From the NCBI RefSeq assembly GCF_036321535.1, contig NC_087437.1:69628001-69692000 (forward strand): a stretch of DNA of 64,000 bases, written 5' to 3'. Source of the stretch: Camelus dromedarius (lineage: Eukaryota). This document shows positions 24,350 to 36,695 of the stretch, in pieces. The notes beneath the pieces are model-generated. The model ran no database searches. It worked only from the letters and a program-made list of their open reading frames with translations, and was not told the DNA's origin. The translations under genes were made by a program, and so were the position numbers. Positions within the stretch are counted from its first letter, which is position 1. The number at the start of each line of letters is the position of its first letter.

Positions 24350-26300
24350 TATATAGTATGTACCCACCATGTGCCAGTCTTATGCTGAGCGCTGAATTCT
24401 CATAAATAAATTCCCTCAAAGAATTCACATTATCATGAAAGAGACAAACTACTATCAAAAGCAGAGTTCAATGTGGTGGGATAGATGCTGTGAAGAAGAC
24501 ATGCAGAACTGTTCTGGGGGTGCAAAGGAGGGACCACTAAATCTAGTTTTGCAAGACAAGAATGTGAACTAATTGTCTGAGTGAAGAAGCAGAGAAGTGC
24601 AGAAACATGACATCTTTGGAAGAGTGCAATAAAAATGCATGTGGAGTGTTAAATGATGAAGTTGGAAAGGCAGGTAAGAGATGAATGAGGAAGCAGGATA
24701 CCAGAGGAAGGAGCTTTGATGGTTTATCCTGGTGGTAATGAGAAACTGCTTAAAGAGTATCCCCAAAGGTTTGGCATGATCGGATATGCATTTTAGAAAA
24801 ATCATGCTGAGAATGAAGCACAGATCTGGGAAAAGTGAGAGAGTATACTGGGACACAGATTAGGAAATTTAAATTTCAGATTTTTATAGTCTAATAAAGT
24901 GAATTATAAAGCATTTCCTGTGTTTGTGAATATAGAAGTAGTATGATAAATTTAGATTGTTTTTCTAATTTTTTGTATAGTTTTATCTGAGCATGGTATT
25001 TTCTTTGTAGGAAGATTTGAATCAGATAAATTTCTAAAATGATTGTAAAACTGCAAATAGTTTTTTTTCTTTCTTGAATAAATTTTGGTAAGTCATATTG
25101 TTTTAGAAATTTGACATTTTCATCTAAATTTTTAAAAATCACTTGATACAAATTTTTCTAATTTCCCAGTAAATAATCCTGAAAATGTTTAATCCCTCAT
25201 CTTTTTCATCTATAATGAAAATTCAATTTTTGACTAGCACCTATAGTCTTTTTAATTTTTTATTCCTAGTATTTTCTTCTTTTCTCTTTTTCTTTTTCTT
25301 TTTTGACCATTCTTGACAGAGACTTGATAATTTTTATTTTTTTAAAGAACGAACTTATAGTTTTATTGACCTTTTCTGTTATTTATTTCCTATTGCTCCA
25401 TTTTACAATAGTTTAGGGTCTTATATATATTATCATTTTCTTCCTACTTGCTATGAGTTTTTTATGTTGTTCTTTTCATAACTTCTAAAAGGACATGCTG
25501 AGCGCCTTAATCTTCAACATCTATTTCTTTGTAACATAAGCACTTAATGTTATAGATCACCTGCTAAGAACTGTTTTAACTGAAGCCCAGAGGAGTTGGT
25601 TTGTTGTATTTTTATTATTGTTCATTCTTATTTTATTATGATGCATACTGTTCCCTTGAGTTATGTAGAATTTCTAAATGGAAAACTTTTTCCTATTTAA
25701 ATTTTGTCGCTAATTTATAATTTTAATTGCATTTTGACCAGAGACTGTGATCTGTAAACAACAGTCCTGTTTATTAAGATTTGCTTTTTTATTCCTGAAC
25801 GTGGCCAGTTTCTGTAAGTGATCCATTTGTATTTAGGAGAATTTGTATTCTCCACTTGTTAGGTATGATGTTCTGTTATCTGGCTAGAAATTAATTTTAG
25901 TTGCTGTAAGACCATGATGATAGAGAAAAGATGTATTATAACTATATTTAGAAGATTTTATTTAATAATTAATTGGATGTTGATATTATGGAAATTGAAG
26001 ATGTAGGATGATTTAACAATATTCTGACTTAGGTTATTGAGTGGATTTAGACGCAGTACATTGAGATAGGAAATACAGGGGGATAACTGGCTTGTGCCAA
26101 TAGGACGAAACGTTGAGTTTTGGCATGTTGCTTTTGGAATGTTAGTGCGACATCCAGGTTAATATGTGTAGAAAATAGTTGAAAATATGTTATCTGTAGC
26201 TCAGCAGAGAGGCCTGGCCTTGAAACACTATTTTGGGAGGAGGTAATTGCAGCCCAAGTAAAGTAAGGAGGATGAGAAGAGAAGGCAGCCAAGGACACCC
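24350..26300 (-). mobile_element. L2 remnant split by an old L1
   Basis: Antisense L2 tail at 24350 (taccaccatgtgccag-like), L2 body to about 24870, resuming at about 25890-26300 (catccaggtt...tctgtagctcagcagagaggcctgg). Confidence 0.65.
24875..25885 (-). mobile_element. Old L1 (L1ME/L1M5-like) ORF2 fragment
   Basis: T-rich antisense L1 body (aattttggtaagtcatattgttttagaaatttgacattttcatctaaattt; ttttaattgcattttgaccagag; tgtattctccacttgttagg). Confidence 0.7.
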
Positions 26301-28887
26301 TTTGAAACCTATAAAAATGTATTATTATTATACATATGCCTTCTTCACATGCCTTTCTATCTAGTATTTTGCTGCTAAATTGGCAAAAGACAGTGATTAT
26401 GTAAGTTGCTGTTGGCTGCCATCGCTGACAGTTTAATCCCAGACTCTCAGACCCGGAATGTTTCTTGTAGCAGAAGCTCCAAAGGCTTGTCCAGAGAAGC
26501 TAACAGTGGTCCATAAATGTGTTCCTGCTGCTCTAGCTTCTCTTGCTAAGTGTTTAAAGAGGAGCCTGCTACTCATGACTAGGGCAAAGTTGACCACAAG
26601 GAGGGTGGGGAGAATATATGTGGGTGGGAGACACAGAAATTTTTGCCTTCTCAGAATCGGGAAAGCAGGAGATAAAATTCTCAGTGAAGAATTCCTCCAA
26701 ATAAATAAGACAATAGTTTATACTAGACTAGACATTTTTGACTCCAAGATCTATAGCCATAAGCCAAAATCAGCTGTTTTTACCTTGATGCAGAATCCAC
26801 TGTATTAGTGCCGTGGGCCCAGGAAGCACCTAATAAGAGAATAACGTTTTTCCCTAGTTCACCATTGTTATTTTACTTTCAACTTTTCCCTTGATACTGA
26901 AAACAAACAAACAAACAAACAAAAAACAGGAATCGAATCAATGGGGCAGCCAACTTCTCTCCTTTCGGTTGTATACCTGCTCTTTTATCCTTCCGTCCTA
27001 TCACCATGCAGAAAATTAGCACATGTCGGTGATCCTCAAATCCCTGGTCTTTGAGACTTAGGGTCAGAATTTGTGGGAAATGCTCTCCTGATATCAAATA
27101 ACAATTTGAGCTTAGATGAAGCTCCTCCTGCTTTAGCTTTCACATCTGTAGCATTTAGGTTTAAAAAGTAATCATCTCTAAGGCTACAACCCACACTGAA
27201 ATTCTCTCACCTGTTCAGTTTAGGGAAGACTAGTAATGAAACTGATATCCTAAGGGTAAATAAGCGTAATTCTACATCCAAATTATTTATCATGCTTAGA
27301 GCACCACTGTGAGGAGATAAAAGATTGTAATATATAGCGGTCCTTCATCATCTTTCTGTCTTTCACATCTTAAGAAAGCAGGACATTCCTAATGGTCATC
27401 AGGAAGACCATCTTTCAGTTTGGAAACTGGGTCTGTCCCTCTGAAATAAATTAGATGTGAATAAATATAGACTGCAGTGCCATTTTTAGAGAATTGTGTC
27501 GTCAATAGTAAGCACAATTTAAAGCAGAGCCAGATGCCATGTCCCCTTCTCGGATGTTTAAAAGTCTAGATTGTTGCTGACTGTGCAAAGTTGTTTGGAC
27601 TATGTATAGAGATAGATACCAAATCATTCTAATCAACAGAATAAAACAGCATCACATTTAGATTTCATGGCAATTTGACAAATAAGATTTAGTGGATGTG
27701 CAGGATTGAGTTGTTGAAATAGTTCACTCTACACCTTTTATTGAATACGCATTGTGTTCCAAGGACATGGTTTAAAAATAGGCATCAGGCAGTATGCCCA
27801 CAAGCGTAATCACAGCTCTCCTAATAATAATTTTCTAAAAGTACCTTTCTCATATTCACCAAGAAAAGTAGACTCAGTGATTAATAGGAACTGTGAATGC
27901 CCTGCTCTGCCTCTTCTTTCCAAAGTAAGGCATCCTTCCCTTATGTAATTCCTCTTCTGGAGTGTTTCCGAGGAAGGCTGTGCCCTCTGAAACAAACAGG
28001 TGTTAAAGTAAATCTGATGCAAATAAAGACTCCTGCTGTCACAGAGACACATGCTTTGTACCTATATAAATGCATTTCTCAGAAAGCTCTCACTGTTGAG
28101 AAAGACTGTTTGAAAGGAAGCCGAGCTAGCTAAAAATGTTATTCTTTATTCCCTGAATACATCTGCCTCTGCTTCAGACTGGCCGCCTTAGTTGTGTGCA
28201 TGTGTGTTTAACATATTCAAATGAGGCTTCTTTTATCCTCCTCCATGATTTCAGCACAGTTCTCTCCTTTGAGTTCTAGATATGGAACTAATTTGTCAAT
28301 ATTTATACCACAGTGCCATCTGAGATGCCCATGGCTTTACATGTTGATGTATGGCTTCAAATGATCATTTCCCGACTCCTCCTTGGTCTCTAGCCCACAA
28401 TCAAAGTGCGCTCATAGTGGCCAAGGGAACTTCACACCCACTAGTTCCTCTCTTGCCCCGCTTGAGTTCCCTTTGTGGCTATTTAGTGGGGTGGTCACCA
28501 CTGCAGATTTCTCACAGTCTTCCGATAAGAAAGTGTCATGTTCCCCATGTCTTGAGCTTTCTTCTAAGTGAGGCCTGCCTGATTCAGGCATAGCGAGGGA
28601 GATTGGACCATTGGCTAATCACGATGTCGGTCTCAATCTAATTACACCTTGTTAAGCTCAAAGAACTTCCTTTTGAGTACCTAAATGTATACAGCAAACT
28701 GCAGGCTCCAGGACAAATTTAGAGAATCATATATTGGTCCTAAACTGGTCTGAGATGCAACCTAAATAGCTTGTTCAGACTGAAACGGAATCCTCAAGTT
28801 CACTTTGTTGGCTCTTCAGGGAATTCAGCTCTCTAGAAAATCCTGAGGAAGCCTAAGCCAGAAAGACAAACCTGTAAGTGGTCCCAG

Positions 28888-29695
28888 AGCAGTATTTCCC
28901 AAAGTGTGCCCCATGTCTTGCCCTGCTAAACATTCTGGGAGACAGTTCCATGGTCAAATAAATTTGGGGAACATACTGCCTTTATCTTTTGGAAATTCAC
29001 AATACATGCTAACATATTAAATGTTTTAGAACCTCTTGGAGTTAAAAATAAGCTGTTTTTTTCCTTTTTTGATATCTTACTGAGATTTTTTTATTGAAGA
29101 TAGTTGATTTACAAAGTTTCAGTCTCTCGTGTACAGCCTAGTGATTCAATTACACACACACATACATATATATTTTTCATATTCTTTTTAACTATAAGTT
29201 ACTACAAGAAATTGAACATGGTTTCTTGTGCTATACAGTATGACCTTGTTATTTACCCATTTTGTGTATAGTAGTTTGTATCTGTAAATCCCAGACTCAA
29301 TTTATCCCTCCCCTGCCCTTTACTCCCTGGTAACCATAAGTTTGTTTTCTATGTCTGAGTCTGTTTCTGTTTTGTAAATAAGTTCATTTGTGTCATTTGT
29401 CATTTTTTAGGTTCCACATATAAGTGATATCATATGATATTTGTCTTTCTCTTTCTGGCTTATTGCACTTAGTATGATAATCTCTGGTCCATCCATGTTG
29501 CTGTAAATGGCATTATTTCATTCTTTTTTATGGCTGAGTAGTATTCCATTATATATATACACCACAACTTCTTTATCCAATCATCTGTTGATGGTGTTGT
29601 ATTTTTTTTAATCCAGTGTTTCCCAAAGTGACTTTGCCATAGAAATTATTTTTTGCATGGCAGTTATCATCATTCAAAATTTGAGGCAATGCTGC
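28888..29695. mobile_element. MER103-like hAT-Charlie element split by an L1
   Basis: Starts cagtatttcccaaagtgtg, continues ttccatggtcaaataaatttggga, resumes after the L1 with ccagtgtttcccaaa and ends tttgaggcaatgctg. Confidence 0.6.
29060..29595 (-). mobile_element. Younger L1 3' end (artiodactyl/camelid type)
   Basis: ttttttattgaagatagttgatttaca...ggtaaccataagtttgttttctatgtc...ttccacatataagtgatatcat...tcatctgttgatgg. Confidence 0.9.
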
Positions 29696-32289
29696 CTCAG
29701 AACAACTCTAAACACTCATAGATAGAGCCAAGAGCTCCCCCTCATCCCAGGTTCCTGAATGTAAGTCCTTAAGCCAGTGGTCTTCCTTGAGCTTATCTAA
29801 ACCCTTAGGACATCCTTAGGAGGAATTTGATGTGCCAGAGATTTGGATCTGGAGTGAGATTTGGATCTAGGGTGGAAGGCTGTGCTGCTCAGAGGCAGAC
29901 ACTCACAAACTGCTCCCACATGAAGTGATACTTTGCCTACCAGCATGGCTTCCTGACATCGCTCCTCTCATAAACCAAATATGCCTTCCCAATTTAATTA
30001 ATGTAAGAAATCAGAGGTGGGAAAGCCCAGTGATTTTTGCCGGAGGCACTTCTGAACCTATTCCAGCAAGCAGTGAGTCAGGTCTCATCTTTTCATTTTA
30101 AAGAAAGTCCAGACACTCATAAAATGTGTCCTATTTTTAACAAAACACTATTAAACTGTCACATTCTCTTCTCCCTGTTTTCTTCTCCACTGCTGCTGAT
30201 GGTGACCAAGATATCTGTATGGGAATAAAAGCTGTCTCTTTTATATTCAACTGACATCTCTACTTCCCTGATATAATTATTTTGCATTTCTATAGACTTT
30301 ATCTTTCCAGAAGGCTTTACAATCATTCATTAGTTATTCCTCACAGCCTCCCTATTAGGTAGAACACTATGATTTACCATTTTTACCATTTTATCCTTCT
30401 CTGCTCAGTCCCTCCCCTCTTACCCAGGGCATACTGTGTGTCAAGCTTTTATATCATGTAATCACCATAATCCCTAGGGCTTGGGTTAGATTTGTGCTGC
30501 TCTGCCCTCCCTTCCCCAAGTATGCCATAGAGAAAATTATGTGCAACAGTAACACTGAACAAATAAGAAGACAAATCAGTGGCTTTATATGTAGCTGGAC
30601 AAGCATCTGAGGAATACCCCTCTGACACCCCTTCTTTCCCCTACACACACTGTAGCCCAACCCTGTGCAGTTCAGGGTTCTCAGGTAAGAGGCACCAGTG
30701 GGAAGCTTAAACTTAGATTCATAAGTAGGACTTCTTAATTATTCCCTTCCCACTCTACCCACCACATCTAAAAGTCTAGGTCTGCATTTACCTGACCAGT
30801 GGCACAGGAAAGGAATGGGCATAGAAGCAGACATGGAGGTCCAAAGCCAAATGGCAGGCCTTGCTCAGCATCTGTTTCCAGGGAATGCAAGAGCCCCCCC
30901 TGCATGAGCACGAAAGTGCTAGGCAGACCAGAAAACCACCTTCAGGGCAAGGAAACGATGCACCTTTAAATCATGACCATAACGAACTGAGGTTGTGTTC
31001 CATTAGATTAGAAAGTCCTTCCATTGAGGCCAATGAGGTGTGTATCACATGGGAAAATAGTAGACACTGCTTCCTTTATGATGAGCTTAGAATGATGACA
31101 GCAGCAGGAGTATTCCTCTCTTCCTAAAGGTGGAATTAATTATCAGCATCATTTTACAAATGAAGAAACCAAGGCACCAGATGATTACATGAATGGTCAA
31201 ACATCATATAAGGTTGGGAATGGCAGACCAGATGATTACTCTATACACTGTCTCTGTGTCTACTGTCTCCTGGACCCAGGATCACCTGCCTTACAGCTAC
31301 TGGTCCCATCTTTTTCTACACTCCTTTCTACCACGACAATTTTTAACTCAAACACTACCATGTATGTCCAGAGGCAGTATATTACATCTTACTTACCTAC
31401 CTAGGATAGGTAAGTACCCACCTTAGAACTATATCTCCCTGGTACTAGCTAGCCATCAATTTGAGTAGAATATCTATGTAGCAACTATTTTGATAGCTTA
31501 TAGTCATTTTTTTTAAGCTGTTAATGCACCTTCTTCACAGGAGACCCCACTAGGACCTTAATATGGGACTCTTTTAAATATCATACAGTGCTAAGAACTG
31601 AATTTAATGCTTTGCTGTCTTTTTTAAACCTTAGGAGTTAAGGAGGAATAAATTAAAGGGAGAAAGAATTTTGGGAAAATTAGAAAAGAGGAAGGATAAT
31701 AGTTAATAGCCTGACCAGAAGACAGAAAAACAACAAAAGCAGATGTGAAAAATTTAAAACTCAGAGCAGAATAGAGACATTTAGTGAAAGGGCAAACAGT
31801 CCAACAGATCCTTCAATGAATTTTAAAGATATCAAAATCTATTACAATAATAGATGCTCATAGTTATAACCCTAGATCTTCAAGAAAAAAAGTTGAATTA
31901 GTAGCAATATTTTCTGTTTAAAATGGCATGAATAGATGTGTGACACATTTAAGAAAGATTTCCATCCAAAGAAGTTAAAATGTAAAATATCTTACTGCTT
32001 AAAGATGGCACTCCCTAGCTATTAGGAAACAAACAAACAAAAAACTTGGCTGTCTGGAAGGAATCGTTTCCAAAGAGTCTTGGATAAATATGGCCTTACA
32101 GATAGATTTTTATTCTGCCAGGAATAAAGATACTGAAAGGGAATTACAAGTGTGTCATATGTCCTTATTATGGATTAAACACACGCATCCTTTCTCATGC
32201 TACTTCCATCCACCTGCTCCTCCCACATTCCAGAGATCCAGTCAAAGAAACGTATCACCCCTTGATGCACTTCCAGAAAAGGTGGTTAT

Positions 32290-32372
32290 ATGAAAAAGTG
32301 ATTTGTTATTTATCTAAAATTCAAATTTAGCTGCACATCCTGTATTTTTGTTTGCTAAATCTGGAAACTGTA
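32290..32372. mobile_element. MER53-like hAT fragment
   Basis: atttgttatttatctaaaattcaaatttagctg...cctgtatttttgtttgctaaatctggaaac. Confidence 0.7.
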
Positions 32373-34298
32373 CTCAGGAAGTTCTAATAACCAGCCAGTT
32401 TGTGTAACCAATGGAATTTCTGCTGTTCCTGCATAGATGCCTTGCTCCCAGGACCCGGAACTTTCTAGGAGTCATCTCACTCCACCTTTCTTGTCGTTTG
32501 ATGAGCATTTGGTCTCTTGACTGTTGGTAGAAGATCTTTGACAAACAAGATCAAAATGATACATCCCTGAAGTCCTTAGGGATGGTCTTACCCAGCCACT
32601 AGGACCCTGTAATTCACAGTCAAGGGATTGGACTGTTTTGATGTCAAGAGCTGCGGCTTATGAAACAGGAAAAAAAAAAAAGCCATAGAAGAAAAACCTG
32701 ATAGTTAAAGAACAAAAGCCTGTATTTATACCTGATGATTCTGGTAATTGTCACTGGGAAAAAGCATAGCACAGATTTTTCAAGGCCATGAATAAACACA
32801 GTTCTCCTTTCTTTTTTTTTTTTTTTTACATTTTTCTGAATTTAGCAAGGTGCATTAACCCTTAATTTGCCCTCCTTTTCATTCTTTTTTATTCATCTGT
32901 ATTTGGTTCTCTTAAGAATAATGAAAGGAAATCAAAGTGTCTTTGTGAGTTTTGACAGCCAAGTGCAAATAGATTGATTAAAAACATGGTGTTTCCTTTT
33001 TTAATTTAAATAGAGGAAAGATTTGTGGGTAATATGCATAATTTGTGTTCACTGGTATCAAGCTAGCAGTGGGAAGAGGGAGAAAATATGGAGACACCAT
33101 CAGTGTTCTGCTTTTAAGCACAAGATTGATTTTAAATTTTTCCTGCGTGTCAGTTTCATTACAGGCAAATTAATCCTTCTTTCAGTGACTTGAGACTTTT
33201 TTCTGAATTCCTTGTGGGGGGAAAAATGTGTTTCAGTGGTTTTCATTTTTCATGAACAGTGAATTAAATCTGAATGCTGAGTTAGTGGTCCTAACCCAGA
33301 AGATGGTAGTTTTAAATAAGATGGTCTGTCAAAGAAGCCCCTTACTTTTTACTTTATTGTGTTATCCGTCTTCCCAAATTCCAGCATAAACATAGAGAGC
33401 TCAGAATGAGCTTATTCTCTCGTTACTCACATAGCATTTCAATGTGAGAATATTCCTTCATCCAGAGGGTACCGAGGGTCTTGGACGAGCTCATGTATGT
33501 TTAGCACATACTGTATTTCCCAGCTTATCACCCTTGCTCTTAGATAAGTAGGAGCAAAGTCTAAATACAGAAGGGGGTTAGGGTATAGACAGTGGCCAGA
33601 GGCAATGAGTTGTAGGTAGTGAGGAAAATGTTAGGACTCAGCTAGATAAATCAGAGATCTGGATATGATTGCCCTACATCACAGACCGTTGTCCAATTGC
33701 ACTAGAAGAGAGATGTCTAAGCTCTTGGGCAAGGACTGGTGCGATTAAGAGGTATTCATGCATACTTCTTTAATGCAGATTGTAGTGCATATTGGGACTA
33801 TATAAATAAGAGTAAGAAAGAACAAAAGAAGAAAGTGAAAGTCAGAAAGGAGAAAAGAAGGCCTGACTGACCTACAACATAGAGGAGTTAGAAGGAGGAA
33901 GGGGGTTTGAAGCAATGATAACCTGCCTGGCAGGAGACAGCCCTGCAATTGGGGCACACAACTGTGGAATATGCATGGTGGTTCCCAGCCATGGGTTTGA
34001 TGGGGCCTGAAACTTTCATCGTTTGGGAGGTCTCTTGAAAAAAATAATACAATTTGGATATAAAAATCAATTTTTATTTAAAGTAGAAATAGATGTTACT
34101 ATAAATTATAAACTATAAAAACTGGTATATACTATAAACATAAAAAAACAAGAGAATATCATCACTTTATTAATTAACTGCTGATATATATCTAATACTT
34201 TTATCCCTACTTTTTTTGGGTTATATATATTATGATGGCTTCTTTTTAAGACTACACTTTTGTAACGTTTCCTACAGAACATACAGAAAGGCAATTTA

Positions 34299-34591
34299 TT
34301 TTTGTATTTTTTTTAATTGAAGTATAGTCAGTTTACAATGTGTCAATTTCTGGTGCACAGCACAATGCTTGTCATAGATTAGTATATATATATATATATA
34401 TTCGTTTTCATGTTCTTTTTCACTGTAAACTACTACAGGATATCGAATACAGTTTATACAGTACAGTATAAACTTGTTTATCTATTTTTTATATACCAGT
34501 CAGTATCTGCAAATCTTGAACTCCCAATTTATCCCTTCCCACCTCCTTCCCCTCTGGTAGTCATAAGTTTGTTTTCTATGTCTACAGACAT
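34299..34591 (-). mobile_element. Younger L1 3' end
   Basis: Antisense L1 3'UTR with TSD agaaaggcaattta at 34285-34298 and 34592-34605. Confidence 0.9.
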
Positions 34592-35167
34592 AGAAAGGCA
34601 ATTTAATTTCCCCTTTGCTACAGATGATCAAAGTTTGTATTATAGTATTGATAATTTTTAAAGTTTCACAGCTGTTATTGGCAGTATCATACAAGTGTTT
34701 AGGAATGTTGTCAACTGGGGATAAGGGAAATTCCACTGGGATCCTCTCATTTCTAAGCTATAAGATATAAGAGCACTTCAAGTTTTCCCATACAGTGACT
34801 ACTCTTAAATATTCTTTGAATTGACAACAGTCTTTAACCACAATGTGACCAATGTTTTCATTCTAGTGGCAAACTAAGAGTTTTATGTTATCTTTGTTGG
34901 TTTTAGTGTTTTGTGTAAAGTTGACAAGAAATTTAAGTATTTCTTGATTCAGAGATATGGCAGCCATACCTAGTATTTGTAGTAATATGACAGACTACTT
35001 TCCTAAAAAGAAGAATGCTGATAAATGGCTCCAGCTTACATTAAAAATACATATATATAATTTATATATATAGTATTCATGATTATATATACTACATGAT
35101 CAGAATATTCCTGAAAAGAAAAGTTTTCCATTTTGGTGATAGCTGAATCCTGTTTACAGTTTTTCAA

Positions 35168-35735
35168 ATATTTTATTGAAGTGTAAACAGGAAAAGTGCC
35201 CCTTTCATATAAGTATGGCTTAGTGAGATTTCACAGATATACGTCCATGAAATAGGTGTTTAGATCAAGAAATAGAGCACTGTTAGCACTCCTCTTGCCT
35301 TCCTCCAGTCACTGCACCCATAAGAATAGCCACTATTTGCCTGCTTTTGTATAAATGGAATCCCCATAATACTCTTTTTTTGTGTTTGGTTTCTTTCCCT
35401 TAATGTGTTTGTGACACACACATAGTTCAGATAGTGTATTCTTACGCTGTTGAGTTTTCCAATGTACGGATATGCCATGATTAGAAAAATTTATTCTACT
35501 ACTGATGGATATTGGGCAGTTTCCAGTTTGGGACTATTGTAAATAATGCCACTGAGAATGCTCTCCTGTATGTCATTTAATAAAGACATGAACTCATTTC
35601 TGTTGGCTGTGTTTTAGGAGTGGGACTTATTGGTTATGCTGGCTATGTTTTTAGAACTGGGTCCTGGGGTAGGCAAATATTCTGCTTCAGTAGATTCTGC
35701 TAAATAGTTTTCACAAGCAGCTGAACCACTCTGCT
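35168..35735 (-). mobile_element. L1ME-like 3' fragment
   Basis: ttttattgaagtgtaaac...agatcaagaaatagagca...tataaatggaatc...ctgatgggatattgggcagtttccagtttgggactatt. Confidence 0.8.
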
Positions 35736-36261
35736 TAAATTTTACAGGTCTGATGTTTGGGAGAATTTATAATTCACTGTCTTTTGGATTTGAACATTTC
35801 AAACTTTGTCCTCCACTACTTACGTAATTCTAGTGTTGAGTGACATAAGACATGCTCATATCATATTACAACTTTTGTCCCTACAATACTGAATAAGATG
35901 AAACAGTGGAAGGAAGGTAATTCTTACACTAGGGTGTGAATAATATACTATTCAAGGAATCAATTGTGAACCTCATAAACATATCCCATTCGACCTAACG
36001 ATAGGCAGCACCAACTCCATTTCCCCTTAGCAGGAGTCCCAAGATAACTGGAGCTACTACAATGCCACCCACAACTAGGAAGAGTGTGATGGAGAAGAGG
36101 GGTGAAAGAAGTCAACAGTTATAACCCGTTGGGATCAAAAATCATACTTTGCAAATTTTACAAAACATCTGACCAAATTGAACAGCTAAGGCCTCCCCTA
36201 GGGCCTTAGAAAGGATCCTTGGTTAGTAAGGGACCATGAAGCATGGGCTTTGTTAGACTAT

Positions 36262-36695
36262 CTATTATCTGTTGCTTGAATACTGCCATATAATAGACAA
36301 CCACAAACTCAGTGACATTCAGCAATAGCGTATTTTGCTCATGTGTGTGGGGTAATTGGCAAAAGTGGCTCTGCTGATTTTGGCTGAGATGACTTGTTTT
36401 TTGGGGGGATCAACTGATCTAAGAAGGCTTTGGCATGTCTTAAGATGACTCAGCTCTTACCATATCCCTCATCCTCCATCAGGCCCATCCAGGCCTGTTT
36501 CTTCTCACAGCAGTAGCAGAAAACATGAGCAGAACAAGCCCCAGGGTGCATCATGTTGTCTAACATCTCAGTAGTTAAGGCAAGTCATCTGGCTGAGCCC
36601 AGAGTCAGAAGTGGGAGGGGCTTACAAAATTCCATTCAACATAGCGAGGAGTGTGGATAAGGAAAGGAGGAAGACTGGGGCCACCATTCCATGAC
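36262..36695 (-). mobile_element. MaLR LTR (MLT1G/H-like)
   Basis: tatctgttgc...aaccacaaactcagtg...aaggcaagtcatctggctgagcccagagtcag...gtgtggata. Confidence 0.75.

Larger units (their letters stand above)
33983..36262 (-). mobile_element. Arthur1/MER69-like hAT-Tip100 transposon with transposase remnants
   Basis: Both termini are recognisable (ggggcctgaaacttt...aatacaa at left; ggcctcccctagggccttagaaagg...gaagc at right). The minus strand near 34600-34720 encodes a decayed hAT dimerisation-like segment (ILPIT, later KLNCLS). Confidence 0.6.

Noticed and set aside
29838..29868. Direct repeat gagatttggatct twice at 18-bp spacing
   Set aside because: Two copies only, an ordinary local duplication and not an array.
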